The notes: generated by a model not told the origin, from the letters alone. A DNA stretch of 64,000 nt from Arcobacteraceae bacterium (GCA_963667095.1 OY762960.1:1978591-2042590); one strand, 5' to 3'; numbered from the stretch's first letter, positions 20,341 through 30,375 are shown. Numbers and translations are program-made.

Positions 20341-21321
20341 CTAAAACAGTTCAATGAAGTTTTCTTCATCTTCTTTAAATCTAAATACATTATTTCTACC
20401 ATGATCTTGTGCTGAAATAAGTGCAGTTTCTGTATTTTTGACTATTACATTAATATCTGTTGAATCTTTTGGAAACATTGATACACCAATACAAACTGTT
20501 TTTCTAAATTTGTCATTATTAGGTGATAAAAGATATGTTTGTGCAAGTGTATCTTTTATTTTATTGGCAAGTTGTAAGGTTCTTTCCTCTGTATCAACAT
20601 TAATTAACAACACCAAAAACTCTGCTCCCCCAAACCTAACAGCAATATCTGATGAACGAATATTTTCTTTAATTGTATCAGCATACAGTCTTAAAAATTG
20701 ATCTCCAAATTGATCTCCATGTTCATCATTTACAGCTTGAAATCTATCAATATTTATTAAAAGAGCACCTATATTCATGTTTTCTCTTCTTGCTAGAGGA
20801 ATGAGTGTTTTCATCTCTTGGTTAAAAGACATTCTGTTTTCTAATTGGGTTTGTGGGTCTATAAATGTTGAGTTTTTTAAATCTAATAATATATGCTGTA
20901 TATATATTAAATTCAATGTCTCTTTAAAATAACTATTAAGTATAATTTTTTGATAACTAGATAAATTTATATCATCAAATGTAATATTTATAATAGATTC
21001 ATTTGATACTTTAGTATGGTATTCATAAGTTTTTTCACCTAAGTTACCTTTTTTGAATAAAATTTTTTCTCTATTTTTTGTAAGTAGAAAAATTTTAAAA
21101 TTTTGAATTGAGAACTCGTTATATAATTCTTCTGATATTTTATTATATAAGATGTCAGCATTTAAATTATCTTCGATAGAATGTTTAAAAAGATTTATGT
21201 GAGTTAATTTTGTAATGATATTTTTAACTTCATTAATATGTACTTCATCAACAATTTCATTGAGTCTGTCAATTAAAGTATTTGGTTTACTCATCACCAT
21301 TCCTATAAATAATTTAGCCAA
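20341..21321 (-). CDS. GGDEF-domain protein with degenerate active site (GGAEF) and intact RxxD I-site
   Basis: RFGGAEF at nt 20617-20631, with RSSD 5 aa upstream. The real start may be the ATG at 21294 (AGGA 6 nt upstream) rather than the TTG at 21321. Confidence 0.85.
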   Translation of the reverse strand: MAKLFIGMVMSKPNTLIDRLNEIVDEVHINEVKNIITKLTHINLFKHSIEDNLNADILYNKISEELYNEFSIQNFKIFLLTKNREKILFKKGNLGEKTYEYHTKVSNESIINITFDDINLSSYQKIILNSYFKETLNLIYIQHILLDLKNSTFIDPQTQLENRMSFNQEMKTLIPLARRENMNIGALLINIDRFQAVNDEHGDQFGDQFLRLYADTIKENIRSSDIAVRFGGAEFLVLLINVDTEERTLQLANKIKDTLAQTYLLSPNNDKFRKTVCIGVSMFPKDSTDINVIVKNTETALISAQDHGRNNVFRFKEDEENFIELF

Positions 21322-21908
21322 GATTTCAAAGAGTGCTTTTGTTGAAATAATGTTGTGCTATTTCCATGTCCTGGATATACATTTATATCATTTTCCCATT
21401 TTAAAACTTTATGAATACTTGCCTTCATATCTTCAGGGCTTGAATAAGGAAAATCAGCTCTTCCTATCGAGCCATCAAAAATGAAATCACCACTAAATAA
21501 ATGTTCTTTTATTTGTATGGCACTACAACCTGGAGTATGACCAGGAAAGTGATGAAATTTTATTTCAATATCTTCAATTACAAAAGTTTTATCAGGAGAT
21601 ACTTTTATATCAGCTGTACTAGAAGGTGTACCTTGTGAAAATGGATCATTTTCTAGCATAAAACAGTCATCGTTTGGACAATAAATCGGAATATTAAATT
21701 TATCTTTTACCTCTTGATTACTCCATACATGATCAAAATGACCATGTGTATTAAGTATAGCAATAGGGTTTGTAGTGTTTTTTTGAATCCAATTATATGC
21801 ATCAACACCTGGGTCAATTATAAAATCTTTATCATCAATTGTTGCTATGTAACAATTTGTTTGATATGGTCCCATTGGTGCTGATTTTATAGTCATTACT
21901 TGAACCAT
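21303..21908 (-). CDS. MBL-fold metallo-hydrolase (glyoxalase II-like)
   Basis: HGHFDH metal-binding motif and ~200 aa. It overlaps the dnaJ stop by 13 nt. Confidence 0.8.
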   Translation of the reverse strand: MVQVMTIKSAPMGPYQTNCYIATIDDKDFIIDPGVDAYNWIQKNTTNPIAILNTHGHFDHVWSNQEVKDKFNIPIYCPNDDCFMLENDPFSQGTPSSTADIKVSPDKTFVIEDIEIKFHHFPGHTPGCSAIQIKEHLFSGDFIFDGSIGRADFPYSSPEDMKASIHKVLKWENDINVYPGHGNSTTLFQQKHSLKSWLNYL

Positions 21909-23014
21909 CCTTTAACAGTATCAAATATACCACTAAACATATCTTCATGTGGTTTTGATTCTATTCCAAAACTTTGTTGAAGTTTTTCTAGTAACTCTTT
22001 TTGTTCACTGTTTAAGCTATCAGGGTAAATGATTTTGATTTGAACGATAAATTTCCCTTTACCATATCCATTAACACTTTTTACACCTTCCCCTTTAAAA
22101 ATAAATTGTTGTTTATCTTTAGCACCTGCAGGTATTTTAACTTCAAGTTCCCCTTTTAAGCTAGGAACTTTTATAGTGTCACCAAGAGCAATTTGTGTAA
22201 AAAATATAGGAACTTCAAGATATATATCATCATCATTTCTTACAAAATGTTTGTCTTCTGTAACATTGATAAGGATATAAAGATCACCTCTTGAACCATC
22301 TGGTGCAATATTTCCTTTTCCACTTACTCGGATTCTATTTCCATTATTAACACCTTCTGGAATATCAACATTGAAACTTTCCTCTTTTTCATGGTATCCA
22401 AGACCTGAACAGTCAGAACATTTTTGTGATACTGCTTGTCCTGAACCCCCACAGTGTGGACAAGTTTGTGCAAAAGTCATGAAACCTTGTCTCATATGTA
22501 CTTGACCTTGCCCATTACAAGTTGAACAAGTAGCTAGTTTCCCACCTTTTGCACCAGTTCCTTTACAAGATTTACAAGCTGTTTTGTATTTATATTTTAT
22601 ATCCTTATTTACACCAAAAATAGCTTCATTGAACTCTAGATTTACTTGAACTTCTGTGTCTAAATTATAATTATATGTTTTTCTTTGAGCTCTTGAACTT
22701 CTACCTCCAAAACCTCCAAACATCTCTTCAAAAATAGAACCTAAATCATCAAATCCTCCACTTGAGAATCCTCCCCCTTGTCCATGTCCTTCTAATCCTG
22801 CTTTCCCATATTGGTCATAAATAGCTCTTTTTTCATCATCACTTAAAATTTGGTATGCTTCATTAACTGTTTTAAAATTTTCTTCTGCTTGGCTATCTCC
22901 TGGATTTTTATCTGGGTGATATTTCATTGCCATTTTTCTGTATGCTTTTTTTATTGTACTTTTATCAGCACTTTTCTCAATTTCTAAAATTTCATAATAA
23001 CAAAGATCTGTCAA
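21896..23014 (-). CDS. dnaJ: molecular chaperone DnaJ
   Basis: J-domain HPD (KYHPDKNPGD), a G/F-rich region and four CxxCxGxG zinc-finger repeats. Confidence 0.95.
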   Translation of the reverse strand: MTDLCYYEILEIEKSADKSTIKKAYRKMAMKYHPDKNPGDSQAEENFKTVNEAYQILSDDEKRAIYDQYGKAGLEGHGQGGGFSSGGFDDLGSIFEEMFGGFGGRSSRAQRKTYNYNLDTEVQVNLEFNEAIFGVNKDIKYKYKTACKSCKGTGAKGGKLATCSTCNGQGQVHMRQGFMTFAQTCPHCGGSGQAVSQKCSDCSGLGYHEKEESFNVDIPEGVNNGNRIRVSGKGNIAPDGSRGDLYILINVTEDKHFVRNDDDIYLEVPIFFTQIALGDTIKVPSLKGELEVKIPAGAKDKQQFIFKGEGVKSVNGYGKGKFIVQIKIIYPDSLNSEQKELLEKLQQSFGIESKPHEDMFSGIFDTVKGWFK

Positions 23015-23082
23015 GCTTATTCCTTTTTTCTATAGTTTATAATAGGTTATTATTTTATCTAAAATAAGCTATAATCAATCTT

Positions 23083-23655
23083 ATGAATAAAGGACTAGAA
23101 AAATTTTATGACCTTGTTGAGTCTTTTGAAATGTTACCAACCATTGGTAAAAAATCTGCAATTAGGCTGGCATATCACATTGTTACAGAAAACACATACA
23201 CAGGTATGAAATTAGCACATAGCATAGAAACTGCCATAAGGGATATAAGGCAGTGTATAAAGTGTAATGCCATGAGTGAAAATGAAATATGTGAAATATG
23301 TCTTGATAATGATAGAGATGACACTACACTATGTATAGTACAAAGTGCAAAAGATATTTTTATCATCGAAGAATCAAAGCAGTTCAGTGGAAAATATTTT
23401 GTTATAGAGTCTTTAGAAGATGAGATAATAAAAAAGTTATTAAATTTAATCGAAACTGCACAAGTAAAGAATATTTTATTTGCAGTTACTCCTAGCTTGG
23501 CAAATGATGCTTTTATATTATATATTGAAGATAGGTTGAAAGATAAAAATATCGAGTTTACAAAGATAGCCCAAGGTGTTCCAACTGGAGTTAGTTTGGA
23601 AAATGTAGATATACTTTCTCTTTCAAAAGCAATTGCAGGAAAAACAAAAATTTAA
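23083..23655 (+). CDS. recR: recombination protein RecR
   Basis: Zinc finger C-x2-C-x(n)-C-x2-C (CIKCN...CEIC) followed by a Toprim-like region. ~190 aa. Confidence 0.9.
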   Translation: MNKGLEKFYDLVESFEMLPTIGKKSAIRLAYHIVTENTYTGMKLAHSIETAIRDIRQCIKCNAMSENEICEICLDNDRDDTTLCIVQSAKDIFIIEESKQFSGKYFVIESLEDEIIKKLLNLIETAQVKNILFAVTPSLANDAFILYIEDRLKDKNIEFTKIAQGVPTGVSLENVDILSLSKAIAGKTKI

Positions 23656-23661
23656 TTTAGA

Positions 23662-24354
23662 CTAAAGTTGAGTATTGAGTTTTTTAACTTTATCAAAATA
23701 TTTAATATTTTTTTTGATTGTTTGTTCCTCAATTTCTTCAAATAATTTTGTTTTTATATTGAATTTCTTTAATCTTGCAAGTCCATTGTAATTGTCATTT
23801 ATATTTCCAAGTAAGTCTTTTATTTTTGTTAGAAGTTCTATTCTTCTTTTATTTTTAATAGTTTTGTTTTTTGTCCGGTAAAGCTCATTTTTAATATATA
23901 TTCTATACTTGTGAAGAACTTTTTGTTCAAAAAGTAAAGAATCATTATTAAAATTTATTGGACTATTTACATATTGTGTCATATTTTTACATTTTACACT
24001 GTGAGGTATATATAACTTCTCAAGATATATATAAAGTTGATTAAAAAATTTATTTCTACTATTTTTAGAAATTTGCATAATTTTATTCAAATTCAGTTGT
24101 TGTTTATAAGTTGATTTAAGAGAGGTTAGATATGTGCTTAAGAAAACATCTATATCTCTTATATGGTTGCTGATTTTTATGATTTTTTTTAGTTTACTAT
24201 AAAATGGATCAGAGCTACTCACTAGAGAGAGCAATTCTCTAGTTTTTTTGCGTAAATTATGAACTTTATTGATACTATCATCACCATCTACTAGTAATGT
24301 TTTGATAGTTTTATCTAAGCTTTTTAGTTTTTTGTTTAAAGTACACTTTTTCAT
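23662..24354 (-). CDS. hypothetical basic protein, possibly CHAD-domain
   Basis: Repeated H-x2-R-x3-K/R helices (VHNLRKKTRELL, LHKYRIYIKNELYR) plus RDIDV and LGNINDN segments resemble the CHAD pattern. No search was done. Confidence 0.45.
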   Translation of the reverse strand: MKKCTLNKKLKSLDKTIKTLLVDGDDSINKVHNLRKKTRELLSLVSSSDPFYSKLKKIIKISNHIRDIDVFLSTYLTSLKSTYKQQLNLNKIMQISKNSRNKFFNQLYIYLEKLYIPHSVKCKNMTQYVNSPINFNNDSLLFEQKVLHKYRIYIKNELYRTKNKTIKNKRRIELLTKIKDLLGNINDNYNGLARLKKFNIKTKLFEEIEEQTIKKNIKYFDKVKKLNTQL

Positions 24355-24404
24355 AGTAACTAAGACTACAATAAGTGTAATTAAATTTATCTAATAAAAT
24401 GAAG

Positions 24405-25577
24405 TTACTTTTTACTTTCGATAAATTTTTTGATTCTAGTAATACCATCTGTAATTGTTGCTTCATCTGTAGCAAAAGAGAGTCTAAAATATCCCTCAAG
24501 TCCAAATGCTACACCTGGTACAACTGCAACTCCTACTTCTTCTAAAAGTCCTTTTGAGAACTCCATAGAGTCGTTTGAAACACCTTTTATATTAACAAAA
24601 AGATAAAATGCGCCATTAGGTTTTACAACTGATAGTCCATCAATGTTATTAATTAATTCAACTGCAATATCTCTTCTTTTTTCAAATTCAACTCTCATAG
24701 ATTCTATATCTTTATCTGCACTTCCATCAAGTGCAGTTATGGCAGCAGCTTGAGTTATAGAATTGATGTTTGATGTAGATTGTGATTGAAGTTTTTTCAT
24801 CGCTTTGACTAAAGCTTTGTCTTTAGATGCTAAATACCCAAATCTCCAACCAGTCATTGCAACAGATTTACTAAGTCCATTTACTGTGATTGTTCTGTTA
24901 TACATATCTTCACTTACACTTGCAACAGCAGTGAACTCACTATTGTCATATACTAATTTCTCATACATTTCATCACTGATTACTGTAATATTTGTCTCTT
25001 TTAAAACTTCTGCCAGTGCTAAAAGTTCCTCTTTTGTATAAACACTTCCTGTAGGATTTGATGGTGTTGTAAGTACAAGCATTTTACTTTTTGCTGTAAT
25101 TGCTGCTTTTAGCTGTTCTGGAGTGATTTTAAATTCACTTGTATCATCTGTAATAATCTCTACAACAGTTCCACCACTATATTTTACAATTTCAGGATAT
25201 GTTACCCAGTATGGTGCTGGAATAATTACTTCATCACCTTCTTCAATACCAGCTTGAAAAATGTTAAATAAACTATGTTTTGCACCAACACTAATGATTA
25301 CTTCAGAAGGGTCATAGTCTAAACCATTATCTCTTTTTAGTTTATTGCAAATAGCTTCTCTACAAAGTGGAGTTCCCTCTACAGCTGTATATCTTGTATC
25401 ATCATTTTCCATAGCTTTAATAGCTGCATCTTTTATAATTTGAGGTGTACCAAAATCAGGCTCACCAGCACTAAAACTTAGTACATCTTTTCCAGATGCT
25501 TTTAATTCTCTTGATAATGTAGTGATAGCTATTGTAATTGATTCAGAAAGTCTATCCATTCTACTTGCAATTTCCAT
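24405..25577 (-). CDS. pyridoxal phosphate-dependent aminotransferase (aspartate aminotransferase class I)
   Basis: The PLP-lysine context is NGLSKSVAMTGWRFGY. It also has TPSNPTG, and is ~390 aa. Confidence 0.9.
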   Translation of the reverse strand: MEIASRMDRLSESITIAITTLSRELKASGKDVLSFSAGEPDFGTPQIIKDAAIKAMENDDTRYTAVEGTPLCREAICNKLKRDNGLDYDPSEVIISVGAKHSLFNIFQAGIEEGDEVIIPAPYWVTYPEIVKYSGGTVVEIITDDTSEFKITPEQLKAAITAKSKMLVLTTPSNPTGSVYTKEELLALAEVLKETNITVISDEMYEKLVYDNSEFTAVASVSEDMYNRTITVNGLSKSVAMTGWRFGYLASKDKALVKAMKKLQSQSTSNINSITQAAAITALDGSADKDIESMRVEFEKRRDIAVELINNIDGLSVVKPNGAFYLFVNIKGVSNDSMEFSKGLLEEVGVAVVPGVAFGLEGYFRLSFATDEATITDGITRIKKFIESKK

Positions 25578-25688
25578 ATATTGTTCCTTTTGAGAAGTTC
25601 ATTTTATTTTGTGGCGAATTATACATAAATATTAATCAATATTTTATTAAGTTTAAGATAGCCTAATATAAAAATTTTAGGAATTTAA

Positions 25689-25799
25689 ATGAGATTAATT
25701 TTTATTGGATTATTATTAGGTTTAATTTTTACAGGTTGTGGATATAAAGCTGATCCAATTTATGTAGATGAAAAAACTGAACAAAAGGGTGAAAAATAG
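25689..25799 (+). CDS. small predicted lipoprotein (36 aa, not in ORF track)
   Basis: Translation is MRLIFIGLLLGLIFTGCGYKADPIYVDEKTEQKGEK, with lipobox IFTGC. Its stop lies 3 nt before the nadB ATG. Confidence 0.55.
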   Translation: MRLIFIGLLLGLIFTGCGYKADPIYVDEKTEQKGEK

Positions 25800-25802
25800 T
25801 AT

Positions 25803-27257
25803 ATGATATATGATTACTTGATAGTTGGTGCAGGGATAGCTGGTTTAAATGCGGCAAGACTTATACCAAAAGATAAAAAAGTATTAGTTGTATGTAAAAA
25901 AACACCATGGGAGTGTAATACATTTTGGGCACAAGGCGGAGTAGTAAGAGCCAGAGATAAGGAAGATATTCCTCTTCATGTACACGATACAATGGAAGCA
26001 GGGGTAAACTTAAACGATATCAAAGCTGTAGAAACTCTTAGTGAACATTCTATTGAAGCTATAGATGATCTGATTGAGCATGGTTTTAATTTTGATAAAA
26101 ATGCAAAAGGTGCATTAGCTTTTACAAAAGAAGCTGCACATAGTACAAGTAGAATTTTACATGCAGATGGTGATGCTACAGGTAGAATGTTGCATATGTT
26201 TTTATTACAACAATGTCCTCATGAAGTTGTTACTGATTCAATTGTAATAGATTTATTGTATGAAGATGGGGTTTGCTATGGAGCACATTTAATAGCAAAA
26301 GGACAAGATAAAATAGTGTATGCTCATAATACAATACTTGCAAGTGGAGGAGTTGGTTCTATCTACAGATATCATACAAACTCAACTACAATTGCGGGAG
26401 ATATCCAAGGTATTTGTATAGAAAAAGGTTTACAGCTTAAAGATATGGAGATGATGCAATTTCATCCAACAGTTTTTATAGAATCAAATTTACCGAGAAA
26501 ACAGTTACTTACGGAAGCATTAAGAGGTGAGGGTGCTATTATTGAAGATGAAGAGGGGTATGCTTTTTTAAAAGATTATCATCCTGATGCAGAACTAGCA
26601 CCTAGAGATGTTGTAAGCCGTGCCTTATTCGACTACCATAAGAAAACAGGTTCAAAGATATATTTATCTTTTAGAAATTTTGAGAAAAAATTCTTTAAAA
26701 AGAGATTTCCAAATATTTATAAAAACCTTATGGATATAGGCTATGATTTACCTTTTGAAAGGGTTCCTATTAGTCCTGCTTTTCACTATAGTATGGGTGG
26801 AATAGAAGTAGATTTACACTCTAAAGTAAAAAATACAAAAAATTTATACGCTGTAGGAGAAGTTGCATGTACTGGTGTTCATGGTGCTAATAGACTTGCT
26901 TCAAACTCTTTGCTTGAGGGATTAGTATTTTCAAAAATAGCTGTAGAAACAGCTCAAAAAGAGAATTTTACAATAGATTTAAATTCTTACAAAAATAAAG
27001 ATAATCAGCCACACTATGAATTACAAAAAACAACCGATACCGCAATTAAGAATGATTTAAGAAATCTTATGTGGACAAATGTAGGAATTGTGAGACAAAG
27101 ACAAGACCTTATAGACGCTTTAGAAGAGATAGAAATATATTTAAAAGAGGATGTGGGTAGATTACTTTTTTTAAGGTTACTTACGGCAAAATCCATTATT
27201 CAAAGTGCTATCAATAGAAAAAAATCAGTTGGTGCACACTATATTAAGGAGAAATAA
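25803..27257 (+). CDS. nadB: L-aspartate oxidase
   Basis: FAD-binding DYLIVGAGIAGL, the flavoprotein motif GEVACTGVHGANRLASNSLLE, and ~480 aa. Confidence 0.92.
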   Translation: MIYDYLIVGAGIAGLNAARLIPKDKKVLVVCKKTPWECNTFWAQGGVVRARDKEDIPLHVHDTMEAGVNLNDIKAVETLSEHSIEAIDDLIEHGFNFDKNAKGALAFTKEAAHSTSRILHADGDATGRMLHMFLLQQCPHEVVTDSIVIDLLYEDGVCYGAHLIAKGQDKIVYAHNTILASGGVGSIYRYHTNSTTIAGDIQGICIEKGLQLKDMEMMQFHPTVFIESNLPRKQLLTEALRGEGAIIEDEEGYAFLKDYHPDAELAPRDVVSRALFDYHKKTGSKIYLSFRNFEKKFFKKRFPNIYKNLMDIGYDLPFERVPISPAFHYSMGGIEVDLHSKVKNTKNLYAVGEVACTGVHGANRLASNSLLEGLVFSKIAVETAQKENFTIDLNSYKNKDNQPHYELQKTTDTAIKNDLRNLMWTNVGIVRQRQDLIDALEEIEIYLKEDVGRLLFLRLLTAKSIIQSAINRKKSVGAHYIKEK

Positions 27258-28639
27258 TGTTTAAACTACTTTTAGTTAGTTTAGCTAGTGTATTTGCATT
27301 TGCAAGCAGTGGTGGTAGCAGTGTTGTTACAGAAATTCCAGATATTACAATGACTTGGGTTGGTATAGCAGCTCTAATTATATTTGTTGTAGGATATTAT
27401 TTTGTTGCTATGGAGGAGCATTATCATATTGATAAAGCAAAACCTGCGTTACTGACAGGAACATTTTTATTTATATTAATTGCTGCTTATTATGCAATTA
27501 ATGGTATGAGCATGGATCTTGTTCATACACAAGCACAACATTTAATATTAGAAATTGCTGAAATCTTCTTTTTCTTATTTGTTGCTATGACATATATTGA
27601 GTCTATGATACATATGGGTGTATTTGATAGATTAAAATATAATCTTGTATCAAAGGGATATACATACAGAAAATTATTTTGGGTAACAGGAGTTTTAGCA
27701 TTCTTTATCTCTCCAATTGCAGATAACTTAACAACTGCACTTATCTTATCAACAGTTTTAATTACTATTGAAAGAGAGCGAAAAGAGTTTTTAATTCCAG
27801 GTGCTATTAATATTGTCGTTGCTGCAAATGCAGGTGGAGCTTGGTCTCCATTTGGTGATATTACAACACTTATGGCATGGACAGCGGGTAAAGGGTCTTT
27901 TACTGACTTTTTATTTTTATTCCCTGCTTCTGTTTTAGGATATTTAGTAACAGCGTTTTTACTTTCAAAAGTTGTTCCAAATGAGGTTCCAGATTTTGAT
28001 GCTACAAAAGAAACAAAACCTGAATTAATGACAGGTGCAAATGTAGTTATTGGACTTGGTGTATTTACAATCTTTTGTGCTGTAATGTCACATCAAGTTT
28101 TACATCTTCCAGCTATGTGGGGTATGATGTTTGGTTTAGCACTATTGAAAATGTATGCATATAGACTTAAAAAAGTACATAATACAGAGTTTAATGTATT
28201 TGGTGCAATGGCAAAAATAGAAAATAATACACTTTTATTTTTCTTTGGTATTTTAGCAGCAGTTGGAGCATTGTACTTTATTGGGTGGTTAGCTTTAGCA
28301 GCAGTTGTGTATGATCCAAATGTATTAGGACCAACTTGGTCAAATATAGGAGTTGGTTTCTTATCTGCTATTGTAGATAATGTACCTGTAATGTCTGCTG
28401 TATTAAAAGCAAATCCAGAGATGGCTCATGCTCAGTGGATGTTAGTAACTTTAACAGCAGGTGTAGGTGGTTCTTTAATCTCTTTTGGATCTGCAGCTGG
28501 TGTTGGTGTAATGGGTAAACTACCAGGTGTTTATACTTTTGGTGCTCACATGAAATATGCTTGGACTATTTTAATTGGATATATAGTTTCTGTACTAGTT
28601 TGGTATGGTCAATTTGAGATTTTAGGAATTGGTGCATAA
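27257..28639 (+). CDS. nhaD: Na+/H+ antiporter, NhaD/ArsB-type permease
   Basis: Polytopic 460-aa membrane protein with NhaD-like segments (SPIADNLTTALI, SAIVDNVPVMSAVL). The ATG overlaps the nadB stop (TAATG). Confidence 0.75.
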   Translation: MFKLLLVSLASVFAFASSGGSSVVTEIPDITMTWVGIAALIIFVVGYYFVAMEEHYHIDKAKPALLTGTFLFILIAAYYAINGMSMDLVHTQAQHLILEIAEIFFFLFVAMTYIESMIHMGVFDRLKYNLVSKGYTYRKLFWVTGVLAFFISPIADNLTTALILSTVLITIERERKEFLIPGAINIVVAANAGGAWSPFGDITTLMAWTAGKGSFTDFLFLFPASVLGYLVTAFLLSKVVPNEVPDFDATKETKPELMTGANVVIGLGVFTIFCAVMSHQVLHLPAMWGMMFGLALLKMYAYRLKKVHNTEFNVFGAMAKIENNTLLFFFGILAAVGALYFIGWLALAAVVYDPNVLGPTWSNIGVGFLSAIVDNVPVMSAVLKANPEMAHAQWMLVTLTAGVGGSLISFGSAAGVGVMGKLPGVYTFGAHMKYAWTILIGYIVSVLVWYGQFEILGIGA

Positions 28640-28660
28640 GCAAGCTCTAAAATACTATGA

Positions 28661-28693
28661 AAAAAGGCTAAGGAGAAATTCTTAGCCTTTTTT
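28661..28693 (+). terminator. rho-independent terminator after nhaD
   Basis: The stem is AGGCTAAG/CTTAGCCT with an 8-nt loop. It is followed by TTTTTT. Confidence 0.75.
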
Positions 28694-28759
28694 ATTAAGA
28701 AAATTTACCTTACTTTGGGTATAATCGCCACTATTATTAGTAATTTTAAAGGATTTTAT

Positions 28760-30298
28760 TTGAAACATGTACCAATATTAGTTTTAGACTTTGGTAGTCA
28801 ATATACACAGTTAATATCAAAAAGATTGAGAAATAATGGATTTTATTCTGAAATTGTTCCATTTAGTGAATCAATTGAAGATATTAAAGCAAGAAGCCCT
28901 AAAGGGATTGTTTTAAGTGGAGGTCCTGCTTCAGTTTATGCCGAAGATGCATATAAAGTAGATGCAGCAATTTTTGATTTAGGGTTACCAATTCTTGGTA
29001 TCTGTTATGGTATGCAAACAATTGCACATTATTTAGGTGGAAGTGTTATTCCCGCTGACCATCATGAGTATGGAAAAGCAAAATTAAAAGTAGAATCATC
29101 TAGTTGTCCTATTTTTAAAGATGTTACAGATAATGAAGTTGTTTGGATGTCTCATGGTGATAGAGTTGAAAGTTTACCAGAAGGGTTTAATGTAATTGGT
29201 ACAAGTGAAAACTCTCCTTATGCTGCAATAGCAAATGAAGAAAAAAAGATTTATGCATTCCAATATCATCCTGAAGTAACACATAGTGTTGAGGGTGCAC
29301 ATATGCTTACAAACTTTGCAAAGTATATTTGTGGATGTGAAAAAAACTGGAATATGGGGAATTTTGCGAAAGAGCAAATTGCTAAAATTCAGAGTCAAGT
29401 TGGAGATAAAAAAGTTCTTTGTGGTGTAAGTGGAGGAGTTGACAGTTCTGTTGTTGCTACACTTCTTGCTGAAGCCATTGGAGATAAACTTGTACCTGTT
29501 TTTGTAAATAATGGATTATTAAGAGCAAATGAAGTTGAAGATGTACAAGCTATGTTTGCTACAAGAGGAATTGATTTAATTACAGTTGATGCTTCAAATG
29601 AATTTTTAACTAAATTAGCAGGTGTAACAGACCCCGAAACAAAAAGAAAAATTATTGGTGAAACTTTTATTGAAGTATTTGATAAAGAAGCAAAAAAACA
29701 TGATGGAATATCATTTTTAGCACAAGGGACACTTTATACAGATGTTATTGAATCTGTTTCAGTAAAAGGACCTTCAAAAACTATTAAATCACATCATAAT
29801 GTTGGTGGACTTCCTGATTGGATGACTTTTGAACTAATCGAACCATTAAGAGAAATTTTTAAAGATGAAGTGAGAGTATTGGGACTTGAACTTGGACTAC
29901 CAAGTCAAATGATAGGAAGACATCCTTTCCCTGGACCAGGACTTGCTATAAGAATTATGGGTGAAGTAAATGAAGCTGATTTAACTATTTTACGAAAAGC
30001 AGATACAATTATGCTAGAAGAGTTACGAGCAAGTGGCTGGTATGATAAAACATGGCAAGCATTTACAGTACTTTTAAATGTAAAATCAGTTGGTGTAATG
30101 GGTGATAATAGAACTTATGATAATACTGCTTGTATCAGAATAGTAAATGCAATAGATGGTATGACAGCTACTTTTGCACATATTCCACATGATATTCTTG
30201 AAGTTATGAGTAGAAGAATTATCAATGAAGTTGATGGAATAAACAGAGTAGTATATGATATCAGCTCAAAACCACCAGCAACAATAGAGTGGGAGTAA
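28760..30298 (+). CDS. guaA: glutamine-hydrolysing GMP synthase
   Basis: GATase motifs [12 protein letters not shown] and GICYGMQ, the ATP-PPase motif SGGVDSSV, and C-terminal IEWE. I prefer the TTG at 28760 (AAAGGA 6 nt upstream), because a TATAAT at 28720-28725 lies inside the longer tracked ORF. Confidence 0.93.
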   Translation: MKHVPILVLDFGSQYTQLISKRLRNNGFYSEIVPFSESIEDIKARSPKGIVLSGGPASVYAEDAYKVDAAIFDLGLPILGICYGMQTIAHYLGGSVIPADHHEYGKAKLKVESSSCPIFKDVTDNEVVWMSHGDRVESLPEGFNVIGTSENSPYAAIANEEKKIYAFQYHPEVTHSVEGAHMLTNFAKYICGCEKNWNMGNFAKEQIAKIQSQVGDKKVLCGVSGGVDSSVVATLLAEAIGDKLVPVFVNNGLLRANEVEDVQAMFATRGIDLITVDASNEFLTKLAGVTDPETKRKIIGETFIEVFDKEAKKHDGISFLAQGTLYTDVIESVSVKGPSKTIKSHHNVGGLPDWMTFELIEPLREIFKDEVRVLGLELGLPSQMIGRHPFPGPGLAIRIMGEVNEADLTILRKADTIMLEELRASGWYDKTWQAFTVLLNVKSVGVMGDNRTYDNTACIRIVNAIDGMTATFAHIPHDILEVMSRRIINEVDGINRVVYDISSKPPATIEWE

Positions 30299-30320
30299 AA
30301 GTTAAAATTTTACTCCATCT

Positions 30321-30375
30321 TGCACTAAACTCAAATTTAAGGTACTAAAGTACATTTTCATTTGAGTTTAGCACA
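30321..30375 (+). other. long imperfect stem-loop downstream of guaA (possible terminator or RNA element)
   Basis: The perfect 12-bp arms are CTAAACTCAAAT (30325-30336) and ATTTGAGTTTAG (30360-30371). They enclose an inner GTAC-TAAA-GTAC hairpin. There is no adjacent T-run. Confidence 0.4.

Noticed and set aside
25561-25580. TTGCAATTT 9-mer resembling the operator core at the aspartate aminotransferase start codon
   Set aside because: The match is short, the right half does not align without a gap, and it lies partly in coding sequence. It is probably coincidental.
28715-28759. N-terminal extension of guaA in the ORF track. Similar extensions exist for leuB (17318), oorD (56327), oadG (12616) and oadB (10528).
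   Set aside because: A TATAAT box (28720-28725) lies inside the guaA extension. A well-spaced AAAGGA RBS serves the TTG at 28760, where the conserved GuaA N-terminus begins. In the other cases, internal starts with good RBSs coincide with the conserved protein N-termini.
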